Numbered from the stretch's first letter, positions 49,837 to 60,951 are shown. The stretch: 64,000 bases of DNA from Candidatus Krumholzibacteriia bacterium (GCA_041390065.1 JAWKQQ010000008.1:251846-315845), one strand, 5' to 3'. Notes: a model not told the origin generated them from the sequence alone. Numbers and translations are program-made.

Positions 49837-50394
49837 CTAGCTCTTGCTCTCCGGAGCCTCGCCGCCGTCCTCGCCGGTCTCGGCAGCCTCGGGAGCCTCG
49901 TCCGCGGTCTCGTCCGCGGCCGCCCGCTCCTCGGCGGCTTCCTTGAGCGCATGCAAGGCCTCCGCCTTCTCCTCGGCCTTGAGGATCTTGCGAGCCTGAC
50001 GACGCTTCTTGGTGTCCAGGGACTTCGGCCGCACCGTGCTGTCCACCAGCTCGAGGATGGCCATCTCGGCGTTGTCGCCCTTGCGGTTGCCGTTCAGACG
50101 CAGGATCCGGGTGTAGCCACCCGGGCGCTCGGCGAACCGCGGCCCGATCTCCTCGAACAGCTTGTGGAGCACGGCGGGGTCGTTGACCTTGCGAGCCGCC
50201 ATACGACGGGCGTGCAGGTCACCCCGCTTGGCGAACGTGATCAGCTTCTCGGCGAGCATGCGCGCTTCCTTGGCCTTGATGACCGTGGTCTGGATGCGCT
50301 CGTGCTCGAAGAGAGCGGTCACGAGGTTGCGGTACAGCATCTTGCGATGCGCCGCGGTGCGGTTCAGCTTGCGACCGCTGTACTGGTGACGCAT
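49837..50394 (-). CDS. rplQ: 50S ribosomal protein L17 (with acidic C-terminal tail)
   Basis: Conserved L17 core plus a 45-aa Glu/Ala-rich extension. Confidence 0.9.
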   Translation of the reverse strand: MRHQYSGRKLNRTAAHRKMLYRNLVTALFEHERIQTTVIKAKEARMLAEKLITFAKRGDLHARRMAARKVNDPAVLHKLFEEIGPRFAERPGGYTRILRLNGNRKGDNAEMAILELVDSTVRPKSLDTKKRRQARKILKAEEKAEALHALKEAAEERAAADETADEAPEAAETGEDGGEAPESKS

Positions 50395-50407
50395 GACTAC
50401 TCCGTCC

Positions 50408-51415
50408 TTATTCCGCGATCCGGGCCTTCACCTTGTCGGCGACGTCTTCCTCGAACGTCATGCCGAAGGCAAGGTTCATGCCCTCGAGGATCTCGGCGAT
50501 CTCGTTCAGACTCTTGCGGCCGAAGTTGCGGAACTTCAGCATCTCGCTCTCGGACTTGGTGACCAGGTCGAAGATGGTGCCGATGTTGCCGCTCTTGAGG
50601 CAGTTGGCCGAGCGTACGCTCAGTTCCAGCTCCTCCACCGAGCGAGCCAGCAGCTCGATCTGACGCTCCTTCTCCTCGTCGACCTCGATCTCCTGGGCGT
50701 CGATCGGCGCCTCGTCGAAGTTGATGAAGAGCTGGAAGTGATCCTTGAGCAGCTTGGCGGCGAACGCGATCGCGTCCTCCGGCTTCACCGCGCCATTGGT
50801 GGTGATCTCGAGCGTCAGCTTGTCGTAGTCCGTCCGCTGCCCCACGCGGGTGTCGGCCACCCGGTAGGCCACCTTCTTGACCGGCGAGAAGTTGGCGTCC
50901 ATGCGGATCACCCCGATGACCTCGTCGGGAATCTCGTGCACTTCGCGGTCGACATAGCCACGGCCCATGTCGACGTAGATCTTGGCCGAGAACTGGCCGG
51001 CCTCGGTGAGGTTGCAGATCACCAGGTCGGGGTTGCAGACCACCAGTTCAGGGTGGCCCTGGATCATACCGGCCGTGACCGGACCCGGTTCGGTGGCCTC
51101 GATGGTCGCCCAGCCGGACGGCGCGTCGGACAGGGCGAAGACCACCTGCTTGAGGTTGAGCACGATGTCGGTCACGTCTTCCAGCACGTTGGGCAGGGTG
51201 CTCAGCTCGTGCGGAACACCCTCGATCTGGACGGCGGTGACGGCGTGGCCGTGGATGCTGGAGAGCAGCGTCCGACGCAGGGCGTTGCCCAACGTGTGGC
51301 CGAACCCGGCCTCGAGCGGCGCGATCTCCAGCGCGGCGAACGTGTCGGTCTGCGAGTCCGCCACGACCTTGACGCCGTCGGGCATCAACATATTGACCCA
51401 GCGCATACGTTCCAT
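50408..51415 (-). CDS. rpoA: DNA-directed RNA polymerase alpha subunit
   Basis: 335 aa with N- and C-terminal alpha domains. Confidence 0.95.
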   Translation of the reverse strand: MERMRWVNMLMPDGVKVVADSQTDTFAALEIAPLEAGFGHTLGNALRRTLLSSIHGHAVTAVQIEGVPHELSTLPNVLEDVTDIVLNLKQVVFALSDAPSGWATIEATEPGPVTAGMIQGHPELVVCNPDLVICNLTEAGQFSAKIYVDMGRGYVDREVHEIPDEVIGVIRMDANFSPVKKVAYRVADTRVGQRTDYDKLTLEITTNGAVKPEDAIAFAAKLLKDHFQLFINFDEAPIDAQEIEVDEEKERQIELLARSVEELELSVRSANCLKSGNIGTIFDLVTKSESEMLKFRNFGRKSLNEIAEILEGMNLAFGMTFEEDVADKVKARIAE

Positions 51416-51435
51416 CCCTTCCGTTCGCTACCAGA

Positions 51436-52068
51436 CTAGACCTTCGAATAGAGCTCCACGATCAGGTTCTCCTGGATCGGGATGGGCAGGTCGCTGAGCT
51501 GAGGCTCGGCAATGAGCTTGCCCGTGAGGGCCTGCTCGTCGAGCTCGACGAACGGCAGCCGCTCGCGGCGGGCCGTGCCCTTGACCGCCTCGGCAACCGC
51601 CGGGATGTTCCGGCTCTTCGGCCGGATGCTCACCTGCTGGCCCAGTCGAAGCTGCGCGCTGGGGATGTCGCACACTTGCCCATCGACGAGCACGTGCTTG
51701 TGACCGACCAGTTGCCGGGCGGCGTCCCGCGAGGGCGCCAGACCAAGACGGTAGACCACGTTGTCGAGCCGCTTCTCGAGGAGGTTGAAGAGGTTCTCAC
51801 CCGTCGGACCACTGCGTCGGTTCGCCTCGGCATAGTAGAGGCGGAACTGACGCTCCAGCACACCATAGATGGAGCGCACCTTCTGCTTCTCGCGCAGCTG
51901 GAGTTTGTAGTCCGAGGGTTTACGCCCGCGGCGACGGCCATGGTGTCCCGGCGGATGCGGCCGGCGCTCCATGGCGCAGCTGCTGGAATAGCAGCGCTCG
52001 CCCTTCAGGAACAGCTTCATCCCCTCGCGGCGGCAAAGCTTGCACTTTGCACCTGTGTACCTTGCCAT
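51436..52068 (-). CDS. rpsD: 30S ribosomal protein S4
   Basis: [16 protein letters not shown].. zinc-finger type S4. Confidence 0.95.
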   Translation of the reverse strand: MARYTGAKCKLCRREGMKLFLKGERCYSSSCAMERRPHPPGHHGRRRGRKPSDYKLQLREKQKVRSIYGVLERQFRLYYAEANRRSGPTGENLFNLLEKRLDNVVYRLGLAPSRDAARQLVGHKHVLVDGQVCDIPSAQLRLGQQVSIRPKSRNIPAVAEAVKGTARRERLPFVELDEQALTGKLIAEPQLSDLPIPIQENLIVELYSKV

Positions 52069-52131
52069 GAAATGAGACCTCCGTGACGCCCGACGGGCCT
52101 GAACCCCGCGGCGTCCGCTCTAGCCTGAGAG

Positions 52132-52536
52132 TTACATGCGGCGCCGCTTGACCGGGCGGCATCCGTTGTGCGGGATCGAGGTGCAGTCGCGGATACGCAC
52201 CACCTCGAGGCCCTCGGCCTTGAGGCTGCGCACCGCGGCTTCGCGTCCGGAACCCGGACCCTTGATCCAGCACTCCACCTTCTTCATGCCGCCCTGGATG
52301 CACTCCTGGGCGCAGAACCGGGCCGCGAGCTGCGCGGCGAAGGCGGTCGACTTGCGGCTGCCCTTGTACCGGCCCTGGTGACCTCCGGAGGACCACGTCA
52401 ACACGTTGCCCTGCAGGTCGCTCATGGTGATGATGGTGTTGTTGAAGCTCGACTTGATGTGCGCGACGCCCACCGAGTCGAACTTCTTCTTCTTGGTCTT
52501 GCGCACCTTGGCGCGCTTGTCCTTGGCCGTGGCCAC
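52132..52536 (-). CDS. rpsK: 30S ribosomal protein S11
   Basis: Typical S11 sequence. Confidence 0.95.
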   Translation of the reverse strand: MATAKDKRAKVRKTKKKKFDSVGVAHIKSSFNNTIITMSDLQGNVLTWSSGGHQGRYKGSRKSTAFAAQLAARFCAQECIQGGMKKVECWIKGPGSGREAAVRSLKAEGLEVVRIRDCTSIPHNGCRPVKRRRM

Positions 52537-52549
52537 AGGCTACCTCCCG

Positions 52550-52921
52550 TTACTTCTTCTTCATGCCGCCGGGACGGGCCAGCGGGCCCTTGCGCGTCCG
52601 GGCGTTGTTCTTGGTGTTCTGGCCGCGGACCGGCAGCTTGCGACGATGCCGCAGGCCACGGTAGCAGCCGATGTCCATCAAGCGCTGGATGTTCATCGAC
52701 AGCTCGGTCCGGAGGGAACCCTCCACCTGGTAATCCTTGTCGATGATTCCGATGATCTTGCGCGTCTGATCCTCGCTGAGGTCCCTGGTCTTCAGCTCGG
52801 GATCGATGTCCGCCTTGCGGCAGATCTCGACGGCCCGGTGGGGGCCGATCCCGAAGATGTAGGTCAGGGACGTCGAGATCCGCTTCTCGTTCGGAATGTC
52901 GACGCCGGCAATACGTGCCAC
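52550..52921 (-). CDS. rpsM: 30S ribosomal protein S13 (GTG start)
   Basis: ARIAGVDIP.. The start codon is GTG. Confidence 0.95.
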   Translation of the reverse strand: MARIAGVDIPNEKRISTSLTYIFGIGPHRAVEICRKADIDPELKTRDLSEDQTRKIIGIIDKDYQVEGSLRTELSMNIQRLMDIGCYRGLRHRRKLPVRGQNTKNNARTRKGPLARPGGMKKK

Positions 52922-52997
52922 GCCTGGCTCCTTTCTTGGTCCTGGTCACCGGTCGGTCCGGGCTGGTTGCGCCGTCGCCCGCCGAGCCGGTTGCGAA

Positions 52998-53111
52998 TCA
53001 ACCTTGCTTCTGGATATGGCGTCGGTTGATACAGATCACCCGCACGACACCTTCGCGACGGATGATCTTGCACTTGGGGCAGATCTTCTTGACGGAACTG
53101 CGAACCTTCAT
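52998..53111 (-). CDS. rpmJ: 50S ribosomal protein L36
   Basis: Not in the ORF track. Manual translation [37 protein letters not shown]. Confidence 0.9.
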   Translation of the reverse strand: MKVRSSVKKICPKCKIIRREGVVRVICINRRHIQKQG

Positions 53112-53130
53112 GACAACTCCTCCGGGCAGC

Positions 53131-53349
53131 CTACTTATAACGGTAGGTGATGCGCCCTCGGGTCAAATCGTAGGGCGACAACTCGACAGTCACCTTGTCG
53201 CCGGGCAGGATCCGGATGAAGTGCATCCGCATCTTTCCGGAGACGTGAGCGAGCACAACGTGGCCGTTCTCGAGCTCCACCCTGAACATCGCGTTGGGCA
53301 GCGCTTCGATGACGATCCCCTCGACACTGATTCCCTCTTCCTTAGCCAT
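53131..53349 (-). CDS. infA: translation initiation factor IF-1
   Basis: 72 aa with an S1-like fold (AKEEGI..VEG.V.E..PNAMFRV.LENGH). Confidence 0.95.
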   Translation of the reverse strand: MAKEEGISVEGIVIEALPNAMFRVELENGHVVLAHVSGKMRMHFIRILPGDKVTVELSPYDLTRGRITYRYK

Positions 53350-54144
53350 CTACTGCTCTCCTCGCGGTGTCCAGCGTGGCCGATCGGTCAAGACTCTCGG
53401 GCCGTCGGCGGTCACGGCCACCGTGTGCTCGAAGTGGGCCGAAAGCTTGCGGTCGGCCGTCACCACGGTCCAGCCGTCCGCCAGGGTCACGACCCGCTTG
53501 GTGCCCATGTTGATCATCGGCTCGATGGCGATGACCAGCCCCTCGTCCATGACGGGGTCGGGCATGTTGAAGCAGCGGTAGTTCGGGACCTGCGGGTCCT
53601 CGTGCATCTGCTGGCCGATCCCGTGACCCACCAGCGTCTCCACCACCGCGAAACCCTCGGCGCGGGCCAGGGTCTCGACGGCGATGCCCACCACCGACAG
53701 CCGCTTGCCCGCCGCGATGGCCTCGATGCCGCGCCACAGACACTCGTCGGTGATGCGCAGCAACCGTTCCGCTTCCGCGTCCACCTCGCCCACGGGCAGG
53801 GTCTCCGCGCTGTCCGCGTGCCACCCGTCGTGGATGAGGCCGATGTCGACCCCGACGATGTCGCCCTCCCGCAGCACCCGGTCCCCCGGAATGCCGTGGA
53901 CGACCTCTTCGTTCACCGAGATGCAGGCCGAGGCCGGAAAGCCGTGGTACCCCTTGAACGAGGGCACGCAGCCCGCATCGCGAATCATGCTCTCCAGACG
54001 GCGGTCCATCTCCCCGGTGGTGACCCCGGGAGCGACCAGGCGCCGGACCTCGCCGAACACCTCGGCCAGGATGCGCCCGCTGGCCGCCATCGCCTCGATC
54101 TGCTCGGCCGTCTTGCGCCGGATCTTCAGGTTAGCCCAGGACAC
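53350..54144 (-). CDS. map: methionine aminopeptidase type I
   Basis: Pita-bread fold motifs are present. The start is uncertain (GTG 54144 proposed). Confidence 0.85.
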   Translation of the reverse strand: MSWANLKIRRKTAEQIEAMAASGRILAEVFGEVRRLVAPGVTTGEMDRRLESMIRDAGCVPSFKGYHGFPASACISVNEEVVHGIPGDRVLREGDIVGVDIGLIHDGWHADSAETLPVGEVDAEAERLLRITDECLWRGIEAIAAGKRLSVVGIAVETLARAEGFAVVETLVGHGIGQQMHEDPQVPNYRCFNMPDPVMDEGLVIAIEPMINMGTKRVVTLADGWTVVTADRKLSAHFEHTVAVTADGPRVLTDRPRWTPRGEQ

Positions 54145-54211
54145 TGACGAGCCTCGATCGGCGGTAGCGTCCCCGGACGGCACCCGACATGTTCAGGACC
54201 CCGGTCACGAA

Positions 54212-55511
54212 TCAGGTCCTCCGCGCGCGCATGCGACCCTTGGCCATGAATCCGTCATAATGCCGCATCACCAGATGCGACTCGATCTGCTGCAGCGTGT
54301 CGAGCGCCACGCCGACGACGATCAGCAGGCCCGTGCCGCCGAAGTAGAACGGCACGTTGAACCAGGCGATCATCAGGTCGGGCAGGATCGCGATCAGCGC
54401 CAGGAAGATGGCTCCCGGGAGCGTCACGCGGGTCAACACGCGGTCGATGTACTCGGCGGTCTTGTTGCCCGGCCGCACGCCCGGGATGAAGCCGCTGTTC
54501 TTCTTCAGGTTGTCTACCGTCCCGCGGGTTCAGGATGACCGCGGTGTAGAAGTAGGCGAACAGGATGATCATCGCCGAGTAGACGACCACGTAGATCGGG
54601 TGCGGCGGCGAGAAGTTCCGGCTCAACGCCTGCCAGAAGTCGTTGTTGGGGAAGAAGTTGCCAAGCGTCGCCGGGAACATGATGATCGACTGGGCGAAGA
54701 TGATGGGGATCACGCCGGCGGTGTTGACCCGCAGCGGGATGTGCGTGCTGGCGCCGCCGTACACGCGACGACCCACGATCTTCTTGGCGTACTGCACCGG
54801 GATCTTCCGCTGGCCCTGGGTGATCGCGATGATGGCGGCGATCACGACCAGCATGAACGCCACGATCATGATCAGCTTGAACCAGTGCATGGTCCCGTCC
54901 TGCAGCTGCGTCAGGGTGCGCAGGACGTCGGACGGGTACCGGGCCACGATGCCGATGAAGATGATCAGCGAGATGCCGTTGCCGATGCCGCGCTCGGTGA
55001 TCTGCTCTCCGAGCCACATCACCAGCATGGTGCCGGTGGTGAGCGTGAGCACGAACATGAGCTTGAACGCCATACCGGGCGCGGCCACCACGCCCATGCT
55101 CTCGACGGCGAAGCTCATGCCGAAGGCCTGCACGAGCGCCAGGGCGACCGTGCCGTAACGCGTGAGCTGATTGATCTTCTTGCGGCCTTCCTCGCCCTCC
55201 TTGGCCAGCTTCTCGAAGTACGGCACCACGGCCTGGAGAAGCTGCAGGATGATCGAAGCGCTGATGTAGGGCATGATGCCGAGGGCGAAGATCGTCGCGT
55301 TCTTGAGGTTGCCGCCGGAGAACATGTCGTACAGACCGGCGAACGTACCCTCGAGGCTCGCGAAGAACTGCGCCATCTGGGCCCGGTCGATCCCGGGCAC
55401 GGGAATGTGGCTACCCAGACGGTAGATGACCAGGATCATGGCCGTGAACAGGATCCGCCGCTTGAGTTCGGGGATCTTGAACATCGATTGGTAGCTGCCA
55501 GCGATATTCAA
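54212..55511 (-). CDS. secY: preprotein translocase SecY (apparent -1 frameshift near 54515-54525)
   Basis: The N-terminal 400 aa lie in the frame of ORF 54255..55586. The C-terminal 88 aa ([28 protein letters not shown]..) lie in another frame. TTG start after AAGGAAG. Confidence 0.85.
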
Positions 55512-55554
55512 GGCTGCTTCCTTTGCTGATGACGCACGCGTGCGGCTCCGGTGA

Positions 55555-56004
55555 CTACTCGCTCTGGGTGACGGAACCGCCGGCACCCTCGATGGCGCTC
55601 ACGGCGCTCTGGCTGGCCTTGTTCACGGTGACGGTGAGCGACTTGGTGATCTCGCCACGGCCGAGCAGCTTGACCGGCTGCTGGGCGTTGCGCACCAGGC
55701 CGCGCTCCGCCAGGATCTCGGCGTTGACGGTCTCGCCGGCCTGGAAGCGGCCCTCGAGCTGGTCGAGGTTGACCAGCTGGAACTGCTTCTTGAAGATGTT
55801 CGTGAAGCCGCGCTTGGGCAGACGGCGGTTCAGGGGCATCTGGCCGCCCTCGAACCACGGCGGCACGCCGCCGCCGCTGCGGGCCTTCTGGCCCTTGTGG
55901 CCGCGGCCGCCGGTCTTGCCCTGGCCCGAGGACGGACCACGACCACGGCGCTTCTTCTCGCGGTTCGCTCCCTGGGGAGCGCCGATGTCGTTGAGCTTCA
56001 GCAT
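55555..56004 (-). CDS. rplO: 50S ribosomal protein L15
   Basis: Typical L15 sequence. Confidence 0.95.
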   Translation of the reverse strand: MLKLNDIGAPQGANREKKRRGRGPSSGQGKTGGRGHKGQKARSGGGVPPWFEGGQMPLNRRLPKRGFTNIFKKQFQLVNLDQLEGRFQAGETVNAEILAERGLVRNAQQPVKLLGRGEITKSLTVTVNKASQSAVSAIEGAGGSVTQSE

Positions 56005-56005
56005 G

Positions 56006-56188
56006 CTACTTCACCTCTTCGACCCGCACCAGGTGCCGCACCTTGTGCAGCATGCCGCGGATGGCGGGGGTATCGTCGTGCTCGACGGTCATCTGGTGGT
56101 GGCGCAAGCCGAGGGCCGCCACGATGCGGCGCTGCGGGTGCGGGCGTCCGATGACGCTCTTGATCTGCGTGACCTTCAGCTTACTCAT
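56006..56188 (-). CDS. rpmD: 50S ribosomal protein L30
   Basis: Start at [11 protein letters not shown] inside the longer ORF. Confidence 0.9.
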   Translation of the reverse strand: MSKLKVTQIKSVIGRPHPQRRIVAALGLRHHQMTVEHDDTPAIRGMLHKVRHLVRVEEVK

Positions 56189-56987
56189 CGCTGCTGGCCT
56201 CCTGCTCCGGTTCGGCCACGGGGGCCGCGGTCGGCTTGGGCGCCCGTCGCTGGCCCGGATCGGCCAGGCCCAGCACCTCGGGCACGGTGAGGCCACGCTT
56301 GGCGGCGAAATCCTCGACGATGCGCAGCTGGCGCAGGCCGTCCATGGTCGCCTTGACCACGTTGTTGGGGTTCCGCGAACCCAGCTGCTTGGTGAGGATG
56401 TTGCGCACGCCCGCGGCCTCGAGGATGGCGCGCACGCCGCCGGCGGCGATCACGCCCGTACCGGCCGTGGCCGGCTTCAGCAGGACGCGGCTCGCGCCGA
56501 AACGGCCGATCACCTGGTAGGGGATCGTCTCGTTGGTGATGGGCACCTTCATCATGGACGACCGCGCGTTCTCGCCGCCCTTGCGGATGGCGTCGGAGAT
56601 CTCGTTGGCCTTGCCCATGGCAACGCCCACGCGCCCCTTGCCGTCACCCACGGTGACGATCGCGCTGAAGCTGAAGCGCCGACCGCCCTTGACGACCTTC
56701 GCCACGCGGTTGATGTTGATCACGTTCTCGAGCATATCGCTCTGCTCGCGGTCGCGACCGGGACCGCGCCCGTCACGCCCGCCGGGGCCACCAGGACCGC
56801 CGGGACCGCGCCGACCATCCCGCCCGCCGGGGCCGCCGGGACCGCCGGGACCGCCAGGGCCACGCCCGCCGGGGCCGCCCGGGCCACGTCCGCCCGGGCC
56901 ACCAGGCCCGCGCCCACCGAAACCACCAGGTCCGCGTCCACCGGCGCCCGGTCCACCACGACGAGTGTTGTTGTTCATCTCCGCCAT
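56181..56987 (-). CDS. rpsE: 30S ribosomal protein S5 with Gly/Arg-rich N-terminal extension
   Basis: Conserved S5 core from ..[18 protein letters not shown]. Preceded by about 80 aa of (GRGPGGPGG)n low-complexity sequence. An acidic C-terminal tail is also present. Confidence 0.9.
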   Translation of the reverse strand: MAEMNNNTRRGGPGAGGRGPGGFGGRGPGGPGGRGPGGPGGRGPGGPGGPGGPGGRDGRRGPGGPGGPGGRDGRGPGRDREQSDMLENVININRVAKVVKGGRRFSFSAIVTVGDGKGRVGVAMGKANEISDAIRKGGENARSSMMKVPITNETIPYQVIGRFGASRVLLKPATAGTGVIAAGGVRAILEAAGVRNILTKQLGSRNPNNVVKATMDGLRQLRIVEDFAAKRGLTVPEVLGLADPGQRRAPKPTAAPVAEPEQEASSDE

Positions 56988-57041
56988 CGGATCCTGCTCC
57001 TGTCTGCGTATGCGCGGCCCGTCCGGGCCGCCACATGCAAT

Positions 57042-57416
57042 CTAGAACTCCAGTCCACCGTCCCGGGCGCCCTGCGCGAGGGCCGCGACGCGTCCGTGGT
57101 AGAGGTAACCGTTACGATCGAAGACGATCTTCTCGACGCCCTTGGCCTTGGCCTGCTCGGCCAGGGCGTGCCCCACGCGGTAAGCCAGGGCGCGCTTGCC
57201 GTCGATGCCCTCGGGCAGCTTGCACTCGACCGCCTTGCTCACGTCACAGAAGGCGAGGGTCTGCCCCTGATCGTCGTCCACCAGCTGGGCGTACATGTTG
57301 CGGTGGCTACGGAACACCGTGAGGCGGGGCTTCTCCGCCGTCCCATGGAGCCGCTTGCCCACCCGCCGCTTGCGCTTCAGCCAGGCGCTTCGCCGCGTCT
57401 TGCGTCCTTCACTCAT
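57042..57416 (-). CDS. rplR: 50S ribosomal protein L18
   Basis: Typical L18 sequence. Confidence 0.95.
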   Translation of the reverse strand: MSEGRKTRRSAWLKRKRRVGKRLHGTAEKPRLTVFRSHRNMYAQLVDDDQGQTLAFCDVSKAVECKLPEGIDGKRALAYRVGHALAEQAKAKGVEKIVFDRNGYLYHGRVAALAQGARDGGLEF

Positions 57417-57434
57417 CGTTCAACCTCCGCCGCG

Positions 57435-57974
57435 TTACTTGCCGCCAGCCTTGCCGGCCTTGCGGATGATTTGCTCGCCTGCGTAGCGAATCCCCTTGCC
57501 CTTGTAGGGCTCGGGCTTGCGGAACGCTCGGATCTCCGCCGCCACCTGGCCGACCTGCTGCTTGTCGACGCCCTTGATCGTGATATGGGTCTGATCGGGC
57601 GTCTCGATGGTGATGCCGTCGGGAATGGGGTACTCCAGCGGGTGGCTGAACTGCAGCTGCAGGTCCAGCACCTTCCCCTTCACCTGGGCCCGGTACCCGA
57701 CGCCCTCGATCTCGAGCTTCTTCTCCCAGCCCTCGGTCACGCCCTTGATCTGGTTGGCGATCAGCGCCCGCACCAGACCGTGGTAGCCGCGCATGGGCTT
57801 GCTGTCGTCGGGCCGCGTGATGTTCAGCTCCCCGTCGACGACCTCGTAGTGCAGGCCCGCGGGCACATGCTGACGCAACTCGCCCTTGGGTCCCTTGACC
57901 ACGGCGGTGTTGCCCTCGACGGCGACGGTGACGCCGCTGGGGACGGGAATGGGATTCTTACCGATGCGAGACAT
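57435..57974 (-). CDS. rplF: 50S ribosomal protein L6
   Basis: Typical L6 sequence. Confidence 0.95.
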   Translation of the reverse strand: MSRIGKNPIPVPSGVTVAVEGNTAVVKGPKGELRQHVPAGLHYEVVDGELNITRPDDSKPMRGYHGLVRALIANQIKGVTEGWEKKLEIEGVGYRAQVKGKVLDLQLQFSHPLEYPIPDGITIETPDQTHITIKGVDKQQVGQVAAEIRAFRKPEPYKGKGIRYAGEQIIRKAGKAGGK

Positions 57975-58001
57975 TGATCTTCCTCCGCGACCAGGAACGG
58001 C

Positions 58002-58409
58002 TTACCACACTTCGCAGAGCACCTCGCCACCGACGCCGCGCTTGCGGCACTGGTGACCGGTGAGGATGCCCTCGTTGGTGGACAGGATGGAGATACCGTA
58101 GCCGCCGCAAACCTTGGGAATGGCGTCCTTGCCCGCGAAGATGCGGCGTCCCGGACGACTCACCCGGCGGATACCCTCGATCACGCCGATCCGGGAGCCG
58201 TCGCGGTCGTAGTACTTCAAGTACAACCGCAGCGTCCCCTGGGGGCTGTCGGAGATCTCCTCGAACTTCGTGATGTATCCCTGCTCCTTGAGCACCTCGG
58301 CGATGGCCCGCTTGGTGCCCGAGGCAGGGATCTCGACCCTGCGATGACCCGCCTGGATGGCGTTGCGAATGCGGGTCAGCATATCCGCGATGGGATCGGT
58401 CATGCTCAT
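58002..58409 (-). CDS. rpsH: 30S ribosomal protein S8
   Basis: Typical S8 sequence. Confidence 0.95.
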   Translation of the reverse strand: MSMTDPIADMLTRIRNAIQAGHRRVEIPASGTKRAIAEVLKEQGYITKFEEISDSPQGTLRLYLKYYDRDGSRIGVIEGIRRVSRPGRRIFAGKDAIPKVCGGYGISILSTNEGILTGHQCRKRGVGGEVLCEVW

Positions 58410-58429
58410 GTCTTCAGTCTCCTCGTGCC

Positions 58430-58621
58430 TTACCAGCTGGCCTTCTTGACGCCCGGGATCTTGCCCTCGAGCGCGAGTTCACGGAAGCAGATGCGGCAGA
58501 TGCCGAACCGGCCGATGTAGCCTCGCGACCGGCCGCACCGGCGGCAACGGTTGTAACCCCGAACCTTGAACTTGGGCGGCCGGTTGGCCTTGGCGATCAG
58601 CGACTTGCGCGCCAAATCCAT
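58430..58621 (-). CDS. rpsN: 30S ribosomal protein S14 type Z (zinc-binding)
   Basis: 61-63 aa with CRRC..CRIC. Confidence 0.95.
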   Translation of the reverse strand: MDLARKSLIAKANRPPKFKVRGYNRCRRCGRSRGYIGRFGICRICFRELALEGKIPGVKKASW

Positions 58622-58627
58622 TCCTCC

Positions 58628-59182
58628 TTAGGAGCGCCGGAACGGCATACCGAGCAGGCTGAGGAGTTCCCGGCCTTCTTCGTCCGTCGTGGCAGTGGTG
58701 ACGATGGTCACGTTCATTCCGCGGGGCTCCTCGACCTTGTCGAAGTCGATCTCCGGGAAGATGAGCTGGTCCTTGAGGCCCAGGGTGTAGTCGCCCGCGC
58801 CGCTCAGCCGCGCCGGCACGCCGCGGAAGTCGCGGATACGGGGCAGCGTCACGTTGATGAAGCGGTCGAGGAACTCCCACATGCGCTCGTTGCGGAGCGT
58901 CACCCGGGCGCCGATGGTCATGCCCTCGCGAACCTTGAAGTTCGAGATGGACTTGCGGGCCTTCGTGGGCACGGCCTTCTGCCCGGTGATGATCTCCAGC
59001 TCGGAGATGGCGTTCTCGAGGGCCTTGGGATTCTGGATAGCCTTCCCCATGCCCACGTTCAGCACGACCTTCACCGGCCTCGGGATCTGCATCGCGCTGC
59101 CGTACTCGAATTTCTCCTGCAGGGCCGCCTTGACCGTTTCTTCGTAGGTCACGCGCAGCCGGGGCATCGTCTTCTCGGTCAT
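58628..59182 (-). CDS. rplE: 50S ribosomal protein L5
   Basis: Typical L5 sequence. Confidence 0.95.
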   Translation of the reverse strand: MTEKTMPRLRVTYEETVKAALQEKFEYGSAMQIPRPVKVVLNVGMGKAIQNPKALENAISELEIITGQKAVPTKARKSISNFKVREGMTIGARVTLRNERMWEFLDRFINVTLPRIRDFRGVPARLSGAGDYTLGLKDQLIFPEIDFDKVEEPRGMNVTIVTTATTDEEGRELLSLLGMPFRRS

Positions 59183-59216
59183 CGGACCTTCCTCCGTCTT
59201 CGTCGCTCGGGCCAGC

Positions 59217-59531
59217 CTAGTCGCTCAGCATGTCGCCGCTGCGCTTGCTCACGCGGGCGCGGCTGCCGTCGGACAGGATCTCCTTGCCGACGCGGGTCGG
59301 CTTCTTCGTGTTCGGACACACCAGCATGACGTTGGACACGTGGATGGGGGCTTCCTTCTCCACGATCCCGCCCTGCGGGTTGATCTGGGTGGGGCGCGTG
59401 TGCCGCTTGATCAGGTTGATCTTCTCGACGATCACCCGCTGGGTCTTCGGGTAGACCTTGAGGATCTTGCCTTCCTTGCCCTTGTCGTTGCCGCTGATGA
59501 CGTGGACGAGGTCGCCCTTCTTGAGTCGCAT
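59217..59531 (-). CDS. rplX: 50S ribosomal protein L24
   Basis: Start at [11 protein letters not shown]. Overlaps the rplN stop (ATGA). Confidence 0.9.
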   Translation of the reverse strand: MRLKKGDLVHVISGNDKGKEGKILKVYPKTQRVIVEKINLIKRHTRPTQINPQGGIVEKEAPIHVSNVMLVCPNTKKPTRVGKEILSDGSRARVSKRSGDMLSD

Positions 59532-59899
59532 CACAGCACCTCCGGGGCCAGGCTGACGATCTTCATGAACCGACGGTCGCGCAGCTCGCGGGCCACGGGC
59601 CCGAAGATACGCGTGCCCACGGGCTCGAGGTTGTCCTGGATGATCACGGCTGCATTCTCGCTGAAGCGGATGTAGCTGCCATCCTTGCGCCCGACTTCCT
59701 TCTTGGTGCGCACGACGACGCACTTGACGACCTGGCCCTTCTTGACGTTCGCGTTGGGGATGGCCGACTTCACCGATGCGACGATGATGTCACCGACCCG
59801 CGCGTAACGCCGTCCGGTGCCGCCCAGCACGCGGATGCACATGGCGGTCTTGGCGCCGGAGTTGTCCGCGATGGTAAGGCGTGTAAATTCCTGGATCAT
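59531..59899 (-). CDS. rplN: 50S ribosomal protein L14
   Basis: Typical L14 sequence. Confidence 0.95.
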   Translation of the reverse strand: MIQEFTRLTIADNSGAKTAMCIRVLGGTGRRYARVGDIIVASVKSAIPNANVKKGQVVKCVVVRTKKEVGRKDGSYIRFSENAAVIIQDNLEPVGTRIFGPVARELRDRRFMKIVSLAPEVL

Positions 59900-59940
59900 T
59901 GCTCCATGCTCCTACTCGGGCTAGTTAGCCTCACCGGTGC

Positions 59941-60198
59941 CTACTTCGCCTTCTCGATGATCTCGGACACCCGCCAGCGCTTGGATTTCGAGAGCGGACG
60001 GGTGGCCATCACCTTCACCACGTCACCGACGCGGCACTCGTTGGTCTCATCATGGGCCATCAGCTTGACCGACCGCGTGATGATCCGCTTGTACAGCGGG
60101 TGGGGGAAGCGTCGGTTGATCTTCACCGTCACGGTCTTGTCCATCTTGTCGGACACCACCGTCCCGATCCTGACCGCCCTCAGATTGCGTTCGCTCAT
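59941..60198 (-). CDS. rpsQ: 30S ribosomal protein S17
   Basis: Typical S17 sequence. Confidence 0.95.
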   Translation of the reverse strand: MSERNLRAVRIGTVVSDKMDKTVTVKINRRFPHPLYKRIITRSVKLMAHDETNECRVGDVVKVMATRPLSKSKRWRVSEIIEKAK

Positions 60199-60244
60199 CG
60201 TTCCTTCTCCTGGCCCCGCCAGAGCGGGAGCCCGCTGGGGCGTC

Positions 60245-60451
60245 CTAGACCGCCGCCCGCTTCTTCTCAGTGATGACCGTCTTGATCGTCGCCAACTCGC
60301 GCCGGGCCTCCCGGATCGAGAGCGGGTTGTCGACCTGCCGCAGCCGGAGCCGCAGCCGCAGGTTCATCAGGTCCTCGGCCTTCTCCCGCTCGAGGCTCTC
60401 GAGGTCCTCGACGGTCAGGTCCCGGAGATCGTGCGCTTTCTTCTTCGCCAT
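60245..60451 (-). CDS. rpmC: 50S ribosomal protein L29
   Basis: Typical L29 sequence. Confidence 0.9.
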   Translation of the reverse strand: MAKKKAHDLRDLTVEDLESLEREKAEDLMNLRLRLRLRQVDNPLSIREARRELATIKTVITEKKRAAV

Positions 60452-60454
60452 GAT

Positions 60455-60868
60455 CTAGTCTCCCTGCCGGCTGATGACCCGGCACTTGAACGGCAGCTTG
60501 GCGGCACCGAGGCGCAGGGCCTCCTTCGCGAGCTGCTCATCGACGCCGTTGATCTCGTAGATCACGCGACCCGGCTTGACCACCGCCACCCAGTACTCGG
60601 GGGCGCCCTTGCCCTTGCCCATTCGGGTCTCGGCGGGCTTCAGCGTGATGGGCTTGTCCGGGAAGACGCGGATCCAGACCTTGCCCTGACGCTTGATGCG
60701 ACGGGTGATGGCCACACGGGCGGCCTCGATCTGCCGGCTCTTGATCCAGCCGGGCTCGACGGCCTGCAGGCCGTAGTCCCCGAACGACACCTTGGAGCCG
60801 CGGAACGCCGTGCCCCGGGTGCGGCCCTTCATCATCTTGCGGAACTTGGTGCGCTTCGGCATCAACAT
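60455..60868 (-). CDS. rplP: 50S ribosomal protein L16
   Basis: Typical L16 sequence. Confidence 0.95.
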   Translation of the reverse strand: MLMPKRTKFRKMMKGRTRGTAFRGSKVSFGDYGLQAVEPGWIKSRQIEAARVAITRRIKRQGKVWIRVFPDKPITLKPAETRMGKGKGAPEYWVAVVKPGRVIYEINGVDEQLAKEALRLGAAKLPFKCRVISRQGD

Positions 60869-60951
60869 GATACGTTACCTCTGCCTCGTCGGCGTGATCG
60901 TCACGACGTCGTCATGGTCCAGCTGCCGGCGGTCGGGACCGCCCGCCGCGA

